A DNA stretch of 51,238 nucleotides from Octopus bimaculoides (lineage: Eukaryota), in contig NC_069001.1 of NCBI RefSeq assembly GCF_001194135.2, positions 20,809,748-20,860,985 of the forward strand. Reading direction: 5' to 3'. Each line of letters starts with the position of its first letter. The stretch's first letter is position 1. The notes under the pieces are model-generated. The model did not search any database. It saw only the letters and a program-made list of their open reading frames with translations, and was not told the origin of the DNA. Positions 11,641-24,468 of the stretch are shown here, in pieces. The position numbers and the translations under genes are program-made.

Positions 11641-13716
11641 GAATCAGGGTCCCTAGAGAAGGAAGATTCTTATGAGATGATGGACAAAGATTGCAAACCG
11701 CCTGAGCAAGCATCCCAAAAGTGGCGAGAAGTCTCGCCTGGGGAGAGCGCTACTGGAGATTGAAAAACATCTGCATCAGTCTCATAAAAAGGAGAGAGCA
11801 AATAAAGAAGCTTGGGTTATAGAAAATATCAAGTCAAACCCTAAAGCTTTCTTTAAGTTTACCAAAGAAATAGCCTCAATATGCCACAAGATAGGACCCT
11901 CTTCCAAAAAGATGGCTCCCTCAAAGGAAGCCCCATGAGGGTAAGTGAAATACTGAATGAATAGTTCCAAAGTGTGTTCACTACACCGCTGGAACACAGG
12001 CAAGTGAACTAACCAGCAGAATATTTTGTCACATTACCTAAAACCAAAGAGGTAAAAAAAAAATGAGTACATAAACATTTAAGATGTAAAACTGGCCACA
12101 GATGAGGTTGACACAAACTCAGCTGCTGGCTTGGATGGGTTTCCAGTGGTCCTACTCAAGTCATGCAAACGAGCCCTTACAAAACCATTGCAACTTTTCT
12201 TTTAGAGCTTCCTTGCAAGTGTAAGCTCCCAGACAAACTGAAGGAAGGGATAATATGCCCTACTCACAAAGGAGGAAGCAGAGCAAATGCTAAAAATTAT
12301 AAGACTATCTCTCTGACCTCACACATCAGTAAAGTCATGGAAGGAATAGTCCACAAGAAACCAATCATGTTCCTAGAAGAAAATGAGTTACTGACTGACA
12401 CCCAGCATTAATTTCAACCAGGTAGAAGCTGTCTCACACAGCTCCTGCAACACTATGGCTGGGTGTTAAAACAGCTGCTGAATGACTCAAGTGTGTGTGT
12501 GATATATCTTGATTTTGCAAAAGCCTTTGATAAAGTTGACCATGGTATGATATGTTACAAACTGCATGATCTTGGCATAACTGGAAAACTTGGAGAATGG
12601 CTGCACAACTTTCTAAAAGATAGACATCAGGCAGTAGTGGCTAATGGAGCCACCTCCAAGGAAACACAAATAGCAAGTGGTATTCCACAGGGCACTGTCT
12701 TGAAGCCACTGCTATTCATAGTGGCCCTCTCAGCTGCTCAGATAGCCACTCTTGCTAGCTATGCAGATGACACAAAAGTCTCTCAGACAATACAAAATCC
12801 TGGAAACATTGCACGTCTGCAACAGGAGTTGGACACAATATACAGGTGGGCTGAGGACAACAACATGCAGTTAAATGCAGGAAAATTCCTGGCCCTATGC
12901 TACCAGCACACAAAGCTAAATGACCTGCAGAAGGGATACACGGAAATTGAATTGAAATCCGTGAATCAAAATCAGTGCATGACCTGGGCATTGACATGAG
13001 AAATGATGCATCTTTTCAAGTTCATATTACCAATATGGTAATAAAATGCAGATGGCTAGCTGGATGGATCCTCTGAACTTTCAAAACAAGAGAAAAGGAG
13101 ACATTGATGATCCTTTGGAGGACATACGTACTTAGCCAATTGGACTACTACTCCCAACTGTGGTCGCCAAACTATATAAAATCCACAGCAGAACTCAAAG
13201 CAATCCAACAAATCTACACAAAGAAAATTGTCTCGGTGCAATGTATCAGCTACTGGGAAAGACTCAAAGAATTAAAACTCTTCTCCCTGGAACGAAGGTG
13301 GGAGAGATGTGCAGTGATACGCACCTGGAAATTCCTAGAAGGCCTTTGGCATTGAAAGTTACTCAAACTACAGAACGGGGCACCACTGCATAGTGCCAAA
13401 GATCCTAGCATCGCCATCAAAATACAGGACCAGATACTGCAAAAGCTTGGACTTCAAGCGCCCACAGCTCTTTAATATACTTCCAAAATGCCTGAAAGAC
13501 CTGCATAGTATGGACGTAAGTGTCTTTAAAACAAAACTGAATCTCTTCCTGTCAAGGGTTCCAGACGAGCCTACCTCACAGCAGGAAACACAGATGAGGG
13601 TAGCAGCATCAAACTCCCTCATTGACCAAATACCACGTATCAAGGAGGTTTCAAATAATGGTGTAGCTCAGTCAACAATGGTGCCCCAGCATGACCACAC
13701 CTTTCAAGCTGAAACA
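11641..13716 (+). mobile_element. CR1/L2-group LINE, 5'-truncated, decayed RT
   Basis: NYKTISLTSHISKVME, YLDFAKAFDKVDH, SGIPQGTVLKPLLF, YADD, then SYWERLKELKLFSLERR and PQLFNILPK. Multiple stops and frameshifts. Confidence 0.93.
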
Positions 13717-13721
13717 TTTTT

Positions 13722-13752
<31 letters not shown>

Positions 13753-13757
13753 GTATA

Positions 13758-14658
13758 TGAAAGGGTACACAAAAGAAACTGGAATTTTGCAATATTATTT
13801 TATTCACTTAGCTTAACATGTTTATACTTTTATTGCCTTCAAAGTATTATCCTTTTGAAGCAATGCATTGGTCCAGACACATTTTTCACTGTTCAAAGCA
13901 GTCCTGGAACTCTTGTGAAGTGATGCCTCTTAACACCTCTGTCATTTTTTTCTTCTCCTATTCCACATCTGCAAAACGTTTTCCTTTAAGGACATTTTTC
14001 ATTTGGGGAAACAAAAGAAGTTGCGGGGAGCAAGATCAACTTTCAACTATTCTTTCAGTTCATAACATGCTTTCAGTTTGGACTGCTTCTGATCTTCTGT
14101 GGGCAAACGAAGCACAAATTTTGCCTCAGCTCTTTTCATTCACAATTCTTCGCTCAAAATCATTGGCAGAAGCTTCAGGATATACCAGTCATATCAACAA
14201 GTTCATCAATCATTTGGTGATGATCCTCTAAGATCATTTCATGAATTTTCATGATGTTTTCATTCATTCGGGGATTAATGGTCACCCTGAACAAGGATGG
14301 TCTTCAAGCAACAAATGGCCATCCCTGAAGCATGAAAACCACTTATAAACTTGTGTTTTGCTCATGGCAGCATCCTTGGAAACGTTTTGAAGCATGACAA
14401 CTGTTTTGACCACTGTTTTCAGAATTTCACAGAAACAGAATTTCATGGAAGCATGCTGTTCTTTCATTTCAACCATCGCAAAAATCAACAAAGAGAGGAG
14501 AACCACTGCAAAGCAAAGACGCACTATGTGACACTGGAGGCTGCTGGTCATCAGACTGATGGCTGAGGGTCACATCAAGTAACTTCTAGCTGCAGAAGCC
14601 TGAACTAGAATGGGTTTGTCCCACAGAGAACATTTCTGGTTACTTTTCGATATCTCTT

Positions 14659-14660
<2 letters not shown>
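13758..14660 (-). mobile_element. mariner-family element, internally deleted
   Basis: Degenerate TIRs TA|TGAAAGGGTACACAAAAGAAACTGGA and reverse-strand TA|TGAAGAGATATCGAAAAGTAACCAGA. MKEQHASMKFCF...MSKTQVYKWFSCFRDG..LEDHPCSG is a mariner N-terminal HTH. Confidence 0.85.

Positions 14661-14665
<5 letters not shown>

Positions 14666-14721
<56 letters not shown>
14666..14721. repeat. (CA)n microsatellite
   Basis: Uninterrupted CA run. Confidence 0.95.
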
Positions 14722-14725
<4 letters not shown>

Positions 14726-15730
14726 GTACACACACGCACATATATATAGTGTACTGTTCTTTTATTGGTAGGATTAAAATCAGTGGAAAAATAGAAAGAA
14801 TTAAAAGCAAAAAAACTATGCAGTCCTATAAAAGAGGCCAGTGGTTAGCATTGCTGAAAGAAAGAGAAGGAATGAAAGAAAAGAAGGAAATTGAAGGACT
14901 GTGATTATAGAATCAATAGCACTCCTACAGAGATGAAAAGTCTAGCACTTTCAAGATCATTGGGTTGAGGAGATCTTAAAGCAAGCATTTGTAGAAATGC
15001 AGTTTTGGTGCTAGAAATTGCCCATGTACATTTATGTCTGTAAATGCATATGTATATGCATATGCACATAAACACTCTGACCTAAACATAAACAAACTCA
15101 CATGTGAGACTACTCCCAAATCATAGACATCTGTATAATAATAACCTTATGTTAATGAATTGTATGTAGGATGGTGTAATTAAACATCTTATTAACAATC
15201 TTTCATGTTCTAAATATGTTCTCAAGCACTCAAATCCAGACTTAACAACATGGGATAAAATCACAGTTCCAAGATGAAAATTCACGTGGCATTTTTAATA
15301 CTGCTTATTTGTCAATACATATATGTATATAAATATTTTAGTAGCAGATATAAACTTTGGTTGTCAGTAATTTACATCCAAATAAACAAAATCATGTTTC
15401 CAGTGATATATAAGATGTGATTGGATGGGATACATTGTTCCATTCATGTACTTTTCGAATCAATAAACACATGTATATATGAAAATAATTCAAATAATAA
15501 GATTTAAATGAAGTAAGGCATTCTATTTGAGTATATAATGATGACATAAGATCAGAAGAAACGTGGATGTGTGTGTAGATACATATAATCGAGGGAGATT
15601 AAAAATTGTAAATAAAGTTTTGCAATGTGAAATATCATGAAGAGTAAAATCAGTTAAAAACCTATGGCTGTTTCAGGAAATATTAAAGGGTTGCTGTAGG
15701 AACAATCCATATTCAGTCTCATTTAAATAT

Positions 15731-17586
15731 ATGGAGAAAGCCTTTGACAGGGTCTCCTGATCCCTCATCTGGTGGTCAATGAGGAAACTAGGGGTAGAAG
15801 AATGGTTAGTGAGAGCTGTGCGAGCCATGTACAGAGACACTGTCAGTAAGGTGAGGGTTGGCAACAAGTACTGTGAAGAATTCCGTGGTTCAGTCCTCAG
15901 CCCCCTCCTATTTATCCTATTTATCATAGTCCTCCAGGCAATAAGACAGGATGTCCCTGGGAACTTCTCTATGCTGATGACCTTGCTCTAATTGCTGAGT
16001 CACTATCAGAACTAGAGAAGATTCAGGTGTGGAAGCAAGGATTAGAATCGTAGGGCCTTAGAGTCAACCTAGCTAAAACCAAAGTCCTAATAAGTAGGAA
16101 GGCAGACAAACCACAAATCTCTTCAGGTAGATGGCCCTGCTCAATCTGTAGAAAAGGCGTAGGTAGATACGCTATAAGATGTACCCAGTGTAAGCTATGG
16201 ATACATAAGAGGTGCAGCAATATCAAAGGAAGGCTAACTGGGAAGATATTTTTTGTATGTGGCAGATGTTCAGGAGTATTAAACACTGAAAATGTGCAGA
16301 AAACAGCCTTTGCCACACTCCAGGGAGAAAAACTAGGAGTAGTTGATAGTCTCCGCTATCTAGGTGACCAAGTTAGTAGTGGGGGAGGGTGCACTGAAAG
16401 TATAGCTGCTAGAATAAGAATAGCCTGAGCAAAGTTTAGAGAGCTCTTACCTCTGCTGGTGACAAAGGACCTCTCACTCAGAGTAAAAGGCAGACTGTAT
16501 GATGCATTTGTACGAACAGCCATGCTACATGGCAGTGAAACATGGGCCGTGACTGTTGAGGACATGTGTAAGCTTGCAAGGAATGAAGCCAGTATGCTTC
16601 ACTGGATGTGTAATGTCAGTGTGCATACTTGACAGAGTGTAAGTACCTTGAGAGAAAAGTTGGACCTAAGAAGCATCAGTTGTGGTGTGCAAGAGAGACG
16701 ACTGCGCTGGTATGGTTATGTCGCAAGAATGGATGAAGATAGCTGCGGGAAAAAGTGCCACACCCTAGCGGTTGAGGGAACCTGTGGAAGAGTTAAACCC
16801 AGGAAGACCTGGGACGAGGTGGTGAAGCATGACTTTTGAACATTAGGCCTCACCGAGGCAATGACTTGTGACAGACCTTTGGAAATATGCTGTGCATGAG
16901 AAGAGCCGGCAAGCCAAGTGAGACCATAACCTGTGGCCTTTGCCAGGGGTGTAGCCAGCCCACTTATGTGTACCTCTCCTTCATTGGACCCTAAAACTCT
17001 ACTTGCGAAGACCTGTTGAGGCAAGTTAAATTGAAATCAAACCAAATTTGAGGACTGGCACCCATGCCAACCTCTCCTTTACTGGACACTAAACTCGGCT
17101 TACGAAGACCTGCTGGGGCAAGTGAAAGTGAAATTGTGATGGCTCCTGTACCAGTGGAGCGCTAAGAGCGTGGTTGTTGCCGGAGCAGCTATCTGGCTTC
17201 AGTACTAGTGGCACGTAAATAGCACCATTTGAGCGTGATCGTTACCAGCGTCACCTTACTGTTACTTGTGCCAGTGGCACGTGAAACGACATTTGTGCGA
17301 GGTCGTTGCCATTGCCGCTGGACTGGCTCTTGTGCAGGTGGCACGTAAAATACTCCGTTTTGAGTGTGGCCATTGCCAGTTCTGCCTGACTGGCCTTCAT
17401 GCCAGTGGCACGTAAAAGTACCCACTACACTCGGAGTGGTTGGCATTAGGAAGGGCATCTAGCTGTAGAAACTCTGCCAAATCAGATTGGAGCCTGGTGT
17501 AACTATCTGGTTCGCCAGTCCTTAGTCAAATCGTCCAACCCATGCTAGCATGGAAGGTGGACGTTAAACAATGATGATGATGATGT
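15731..17586 (+). mobile_element. RTE-clade LINE, 5'-truncated, with 3' UTR and (GAT)n tail
   Basis: MEKAFDRV, YADD, PHD-like Cys cluster, YLG, RLRWYG and GRPRKTW motifs. Tail cccatgctagcatgg...gttaaacaatgatgatgatg. Confidence 0.93.
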
Positions 17587-17677
17587 ATATATTTAATATA
17601 TATAAATGTATATATTTTCTATATATATATATTATATATATATGTATATATATATATATATATATGTTTTATATATA

Positions 17678-18248
17678 NNNNNNNNNNNNNNNNNNNNNNN
17701 NNNNNNNNNNNNNNNNNNNNNNNNNNNNNNNNNNNNNNNNNNNNNNNNNNNNNNNNNNNNNNNNNNNNNNNNNNNNNNNNNNNNNNNNNNNNNNNNNNNN
17801 NNNNNNNNNNNNNNNNNNNNNNNNNNNNNNNNNNNNNNNNNNNNNNNNNNNNNNNNNNNNNNNNNNNNNNNNNNNNNNNNNNNNNNNNNNNNNNNNNNNN
17901 NNNNNNNNNNNNNNNNNNNNNNNNNNNNNNNNNNNNNNNNNNNNNNNNNNNNNNNNNNNNNNNNNNNNNNNNNNNNNNNNNNNNNNNNNNNNNNNNNNNN
18001 NNNNNNNNNNNNNNNNNNNNNNNNNNNNNNNNNNNNNNNNNNNNNNNNNNNNNNNNNNNNNNNNNNNNNNNNNNNNNNNNNNNNNNNNNNNNNNNNNNNN
18101 NNNNNNNNNNNNNNNNNNNNNNNNNNNNNNNNNNNNNNNNNNNNNNNNNNNNNNNNNNNNNNNNNNNNNNNNNNNNNNNNNNNNNNNNNNNNNNNNNNNN
18201 NNNNNNNNNNNNNNNNNNNNNNNNNNNNNNNNNNNNNNNNNNNNNNNN
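17678..18248. other. Assembly gap (N)
   Basis: Run of N. Further gaps at 22091-22100, 23345-24092, 27867-27876 and 28156-28165. Confidence 1.
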
Positions 18249-19250
18249 AAGTAAAAGTGCTTATTTTACCAATAAATAAAAGAAAAATATTTAACGACAT
18301 TATTGAAAATAAAGGCAATACTTATCTTATCGAAGCTTTAGTTTAAACTAAAATTTAAATGTTATAATATTAACATATCATTTATTAGAATATCAACTAA
18401 CAATATATAACAAATGAATTTCTATAAAAATACTTATTTTACCAATAAATAAAAGAAAAACATTTTACAATATTATTGAAAATAAATGCAATACTTATCT
18501 TATCGAAGTTTTAGGTTAAACTAAAATGTTAAATGTTATACTCTTTACTTAGCGTTAAATAAGATATCAACTAACAATAAATAACAAGTGAATTTATATA
18601 AAAATACTTATTTTACCAATAAATAAAAGAAAAACATTTAACAATATTATTGAAAATAAATGCAATACTTATTGAAGTTTTAGGTTAAACTAAAATTATA
18701 AACATTATATTATTAACTTTATGTTTATTAGAATATAAACTAACAAAAATAATAAATGAATTTATATAAAAATATTTATTTCACCAATAAATAAAAGAAA
18801 AACATTTAACAATATTATTGAAAATAAATGCAAAACTTATCTTATCGAATCTTTAGTTTAAAATAAAATTTTAAACGTTATACTATTAACTTAGTGTTTA
18901 TTAGAATATAACTAACAATAAATGTATTTATATAAAAATACTTATTTTACCAATAAATCAAAGAGAAACATTAAACAATATTATTGAAAATAAATGCAAC
19001 ACTAATCTTATCGAAGTTTTGGTTTAAACTAAAATGTTAAACGTCATCTGGAAAATGTATACTATTAACTTAGCGTTAAATAGGATATCAACTAACAGTA
19101 AATAACAAGTGAATTTATATAAAAATACTTATTTTACCAATAAATAAAAGAAAAACATTTAACAATATTATTGAAAATAAATGCAATACTTATCTAAACG
19201 AAGCTTTATTTTAAACTAAAATTTTAAACGTTATACTATTAACTTAGAAT
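18249..19250 (+). repeat. AT-rich tandem repeat, ~6 units of 166-187 bp
   Basis: The motif ttattt(t/c)accaataaat recurs at 18261, 18434, 18608, 18776, 18942 and 19129. The array abuts the N-gap. Confidence 0.92.
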
Positions 19251-19687
19251 GAAGTCGCATGAAAATATGGCATAAAGAAAAGGAATAGAATAAAGAAATA
19301 TATAAACACGAATGAAAGTTTTATTTATAAAATCATGAATGAAAATTAAAATGTATTATAACTTAAATCATAATAAAAAAATTAACTGTATTATAAACAT
19401 TTTATGGAAATTTAAAATCTAAGTAATTTTAGAGTCTAAAGAATAAGACTAAGATACATAAATTATATAATATATATCAAAGAAGCTAAGATACTATAAG
19501 TAAATTAATTAATTAAAATATTTATATTATTTATTTTATAAAAATTATAGTGTCATTTAAATATTAATTCATAAAATTCACTAAAATATTTTCGTACTAA
19601 TTAATACACAATTAATAATTACAAATTATAACTACTACAGTTAGTAAAATAGGAATTATATATATATATATATATATACACACACAG

Positions 19688-20101
19688 TTAGCTAAACTTA
19701 TATAAATAATGTAATTTATGTCTACATTTAATTTTACATTCATCAAGAGAGTTAATTAAAGTATTATTATTATTTAATAATATCTCCTTAAATTCATTAG
19801 TACACACCTTACAAAAATTATTACCTATACGATAAGATTTCGCCTTACAAACTATCAGCCAATATAAAATGTACTTGATATTTTTAGACTTTAGTTCTCA
19901 AATATATTTACTAAGGCCTGTAGAATTAATCAAATTTCTATTCTTAAAGGAATGCATGTGTTGAGCCACCCGTAATTTAATTTTATTCGAAGTCGATCCT
20001 ATGTAAAACTTATTTAAATTATAACCTTTTCTTGTTACTGGACTAATTACAGGTGTATAGGTTATTTCCTCGCTAAAACCACTATATGTCTTTATTTGCA
20101 T
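19688..20101 (-). mobile_element. Penelope-like element GIY-YIG endonuclease, C-terminal part (pseudogenised)
   Basis: KFYIGSTSNKIKLRVAQHMHSFKNRNLINSTGLSKYI*ELKSKNIKYILYWLIVCKAKSYRIGNNFCKVCTNEFKEILL...INSLDECKIKCRHKLHYL. YIG motif, LSKYIWELK motif, CxxC and CRH. Confidence 0.85.
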
Positions 20102-20174
20102 ATACGTCTATCCGCATATGTATGTGCATGTGCGTACAGACTACGTTTTGTATATTTGCATATGTGTATATGTG

Positions 20175-20465
20175 TATAGAGATGTTGGTTTATCCAGTAT
20201 TGTGGGGAGGAGGATGTCTAGTTGCTTTTTGAAGACATCTACTCCCACCTTATGCAAACTTCTTAATTTTTGTGGCAGGGCATTGAAGAGCTGTGGGCCT
20301 TTGAACGCTAGACTATTAAAATGCCTATTCCTGAATTTAGATGGAGTGGATGGTACCTTTGGTACAATACAATGGCAACCAGTTCTGGCATTTGTATAAC
20401 ACTCAATGCTCCAGTTAGTTAGTAGCCCCTCTTGGATTTTCCATATGTATATTATTGCATATTTC
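20175..20465 (-). mobile_element. CR1/L2-group LINE 3' ORF fragment
   Basis: EKYAIIYIWKIQEGL...HCIVPKVPSTPSKFRNRHFNSLAFKGPQLFNALPQKLRSLHKVGVDVFKKQLD, homologous to 13300-13580. Confidence 0.85.
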
Positions 20466-22155
20466 TCAGCCTTTGCTCCAGGGAGTAAAGTACTTTTTTT
20501 TATTATTATTATTTATTATTTTTTATCCTTTGGTTTTATAATCATACTCAAATATATTCAAGTTAATTATAACTTTGTATATTCTATTTCCCACCTTAGT
20601 ATCCATATATGTTAATGCAGCACTTCTGCATTGTATAGACACGACCATAACTTTAATATCAATTTAACATTAATATTACTTTTAGTTTGTCTAGCAAACC
20701 TGTTCCCATTATCTATACACATAAGGTTCCTTTTAATATTCTTTTTATTTATTATATATTATTATCTCATATATCCAACTCCTAAATAATAATAATTATA
20801 ATAATAATAATTATAACTAATTCCAATGCTAGCTGGTCCTACACACTATCATTCTCAAGTTAGTACAGATTGTTCTACTCCAAGAACAGTAATACTTTAA
20901 GAGTTATGAAACGTGAAAGTGGATTAAGTCTTTTGATCACTTATATGGACCTAACATTAACAAGCAAATTAAATTAATCCTCCTCCATTCTATATGTTAA
21001 CTTACGTCTTGTTGTAACTTAAATATGGATCCTTTACTATAATTTATTTTAATAGCACGTGAAATAGCACACTAACTGAGTTTACTTTAACAACACTCAT
21101 TTTTCTTATTTTTCTTATTTAATTTTTCCTCTTTGTAAAGTAGTTTCATATAATTTATGTATATATTTACGTATATATTAACGATCTGGTTTTCGTAAGT
21201 GATATATTAAAATACATGATTACTTCCCTTCGTACATCTCTCTCAAATCCAGTTTTAAATTATTCTATTCTTTATCTAGACTTATATTTTAAGATATTCT
21301 CTTTTTACTCGTACTTAACTTCTATATTCTGTCTAATATCGACTTCTGCTGTTATTAATATACCTTTACGTCAGAAAGTAAAATATAAGGTTGCATGTTA
21401 TTTCCAATGGATAATTCTGATTTAGTTTAAATATGCATTTAAATATGAATCTAAATATGTATTTGTTGTAAATCCATTTCTTCACGTAATTTAATCTTTT
21501 ATATCTTTATAATATTATGTATTGCCATTTACTTAGGTTAATTACGGTAATTACTATGATACACTATTAAAAGTTACCCATTTTAACATTCTACATTATA
21601 AGCAACCTTATTGCTACGCGTTATTTACGAGGTTTTTCGAGCATAAACATACAATCGAAATACAAATTTACTGGATTATTTCCCTTTTTCCCTATTTCTT
21701 TCCACTTACATACATGATTTGTCAAACACTTAATTTATTATTTAGTAATTTTTTTTTTTGTGGTTTATTCTGACTTCTATTTAATTTAAACTCCAATTGT
21801 AGCATTCATCAATTTCCTCCTAATACTGCATCTTATAGCCTACCGTTCTAACATCTAACAGTTTTTTATGTAGCATTCTTCCAAATACGTATTTTTCACA
21901 TTCGGTATAAGTCTTGCATTCGAAAGATGGTTCCCTTAAGAGAAAATTACATGTAAAATAACATCTTTTATTCCTTTGGAATAGAGAGCATGTAATTATC
22001 GAAACATGTGTCAGAATTAAAGAAATCTATTATATGCGTTTTGCTCCATTTATTCTTTATCATATATATATATGTGTGTATATATATATANNNNNNNNNN
22101 ATATGTATATACATATATATATGTATATATATATATGTATGTATATATATGTGTA

Positions 22156-23116
22156 TCATCATCATGATCATCATTTAACGTCCGCTTTCCATGCTAGCAT
22201 GGGTTGGACGATTTGACTGGGGACTGGCGAACCAGATGGCTACACCAGACTCCAATATAATCTGGCAGAGTTTCTACAGCTGGATGCACTTCGTAACGCC
22301 AACCACTCCGAGAGTGTAGTAGGTGCTTTTTACATGCCACCAGCACGGTAGCGAGACTGCTGATGTGGCAATGATCCCGCTTGGTTGGTGCAGTTAGCGC
22401 TCCACACGGGTGCCAGTCGTTGAATTTGGTTCAATTTCGATTTCACTTGCCTCAACAGGTTTTCACAAGTAGAGTTTTGTGTCCAAAGAAGGAAAGGTAT
22501 GTATAAGTGGGCTGGCTAAACCCCTGGTAAAGGCCACGGGTTATGGTCTCATTTGTCTTGCTGGGTCTTCTCATGCACAGCATGTTTCCAAAGGTCTCGG
22601 TCACTAGTCATTGCCTAGGTGATGCCTAATGTTCGAAGGTCGTGCTTCACCACCTCATCCCAGGTCTTCCTGGGTCTACCTCTTCCACAGGTACCCTCAG
22701 CCGCTAGTCTGTGGCACTTTTTCACACAGCTATCCTCATCCATTCTTGCCACATGACCATACCGGCTCAATCGTCTCTCTTGCACACCACAACTGATGCT
22801 TCTTAGGTCCAACTTTTCTCTCAAGGTACTTAAACTCTGCCAAGTATGCACACTGAAATTACACATTCATCGGAGCATACTGGCTTCATTCCTTGCGAGC
22901 TTACGCATATCCTCAGCAGTCACTGCCCATGTTTCAGTAGCATGGCTGTTCGTATAAATCCATTATACAGTTTGCCTTTTACTCTGAGTGAGAGGCCATT
23001 TGTCACCAGCAGAGGTAGGAGCTCTCTGAACTTTGCCCGGGCTATTCTTATTCTAGCAGCTACACTTTCAGCGCACTCTCCCCTTCTATTGACTTGGTCA
23101 GCTAGGTAACGGAAGC
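22156..23116 (-). mobile_element. RTE-clade LINE 3' fragment with (GAT)n tail
   Basis: LREKLDLRSISCGVQERRL.RYGHVARMDEDSCVKKCH...GRGRPRKTWDEVVKHDL. The tail matches that of 15731-17586. Confidence 0.92.
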
Positions 23117-23277
23117 TATATATGCATATATATATGTATATATTTATGCATATATATGTGTGTGTATATATATGTATGCATATATATATATATGTATATG
23201 TATATATGTATGCATATATATGTATATGTATGTATATACGTATACATATATATGTATATGTATATATATATATATGT

Positions 23278-23315
<38 letters not shown>

Positions 23316-23344
23316 GTATGTATATATGTATATATGTTTGTATA
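23117..23344. repeat. Compound (TA)/(TATG) microsatellite
   Basis: Low-complexity run into the N-gap; source of the spurious YI/CV ORFs. Confidence 0.95.
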
Positions 23345-24304
23345 NNNNNNNNNNNNNNNNNNNNNNNNNNNNNNNNNNNNNNNNNNNNNNNNNNNNNNNN
23401 NNNNNNNNNNNNNNNNNNNNNNNNNNNNNNNNNNNNNNNNNNNNNNNNNNNNNNNNNNNNNNNNNNNNNNNNNNNNNNNNNNNNNNNNNNNNNNNNNNNN
23501 NNNNNNNNNNNNNNNNNNNNNNNNNNNNNNNNNNNNNNNNNNNNNNNNNNNNNNNNNNNNNNNNNNNNNNNNNNNNNNNNNNNNNNNNNNNNNNNNNNNN
23601 NNNNNNNNNNNNNNNNNNNNNNNNNNNNNNNNNNNNNNNNNNNNNNNNNNNNNNNNNNNNNNNNNNNNNNNNNNNNNNNNNNNNNNNNNNNNNNNNNNNN
23701 NNNNNNNNNNNNNNNNNNNNNNNNNNNNNNNNNNNNNNNNNNNNNNNNNNNNNNNNNNNNNNNNNNNNNNNNNNNNNNNNNNNNNNNNNNNNNNNNNNNN
23801 NNNNNNNNNNNNNNNNNNNNNNNNNNNNNNNNNNNNNNNNNNNNNNNNNNNNNNNNNNNNNNNNNNNNNNNNNNNNNNNNNNNNNNNNNNNNNNNNNNNN
23901 NNNNNNNNNNNNNNNNNNNNNNNNNNNNNNNNNNNNNNNNNNNNNNNNNNNNNNNNNNNNNNNNNNNNNNNNNNNNNNNNNNNNNNNNNNNNNNNNNNNN
24001 NNNNNNNNNNNNNNNNNNNNNNNNNNNNNNNNNNNNNNNNNNNNNNNNNNNNNNNNNNNNNNNNNNNNNNNNNNNNNNNNNNNNNNNNNNNNTGGTGAAG
24101 CAAATATTTGTTGATCCCTTAATTATATTTATAAATATATATGAGCTTTTAAATAAGTTCTCCACCAATAATGGTGCTTTCATACCGATGGGCTTGGTAA
24201 AAATTATTAATTGTTAATTGATTTATTAATTAATTAATAAATTGATAATCCTTTACCCTTTTAATTTGTAATAATATATATGTAGATATATGTATATATG
24301 TAGA

Positions 24305-24335
<31 letters not shown>

Positions 24336-24357
24336 GTATGTATGTATGTATGTATGT

Positions 24358-24468
24358 CTACTCTTTTACTTGTTTCAGTCATTTGACTGTTGCCATACTG
24401 GAGCACCGCCTTTAGTCAAGCAAATCGATCCTAGGACTTATTCTTTGTAAGCCTAGTACTTATTCTAT
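24358..24468 (-). mobile_element. tRNA-SINE family A, 3' tail fragment
   Basis: Reverse complement of agaataagtactaggcttacaaagaataagtcctagg...actgaaacaagtaaaagagtag. Confidence 0.85.

Noticed and set aside
18249-19250. CRISPR-like array
   Set aside because: The units are continuous near-identical tandem repeats without unique spacers, in a eukaryotic context with no cas genes.
19898-19900. In-frame TGA in the GIY-YIG remnant as selenocysteine or readthrough
   Set aside because: It falls on a conserved Trp (TGG to TGA), not a Cys, and no SECIS was recognised. Ordinary decay is the simpler explanation.
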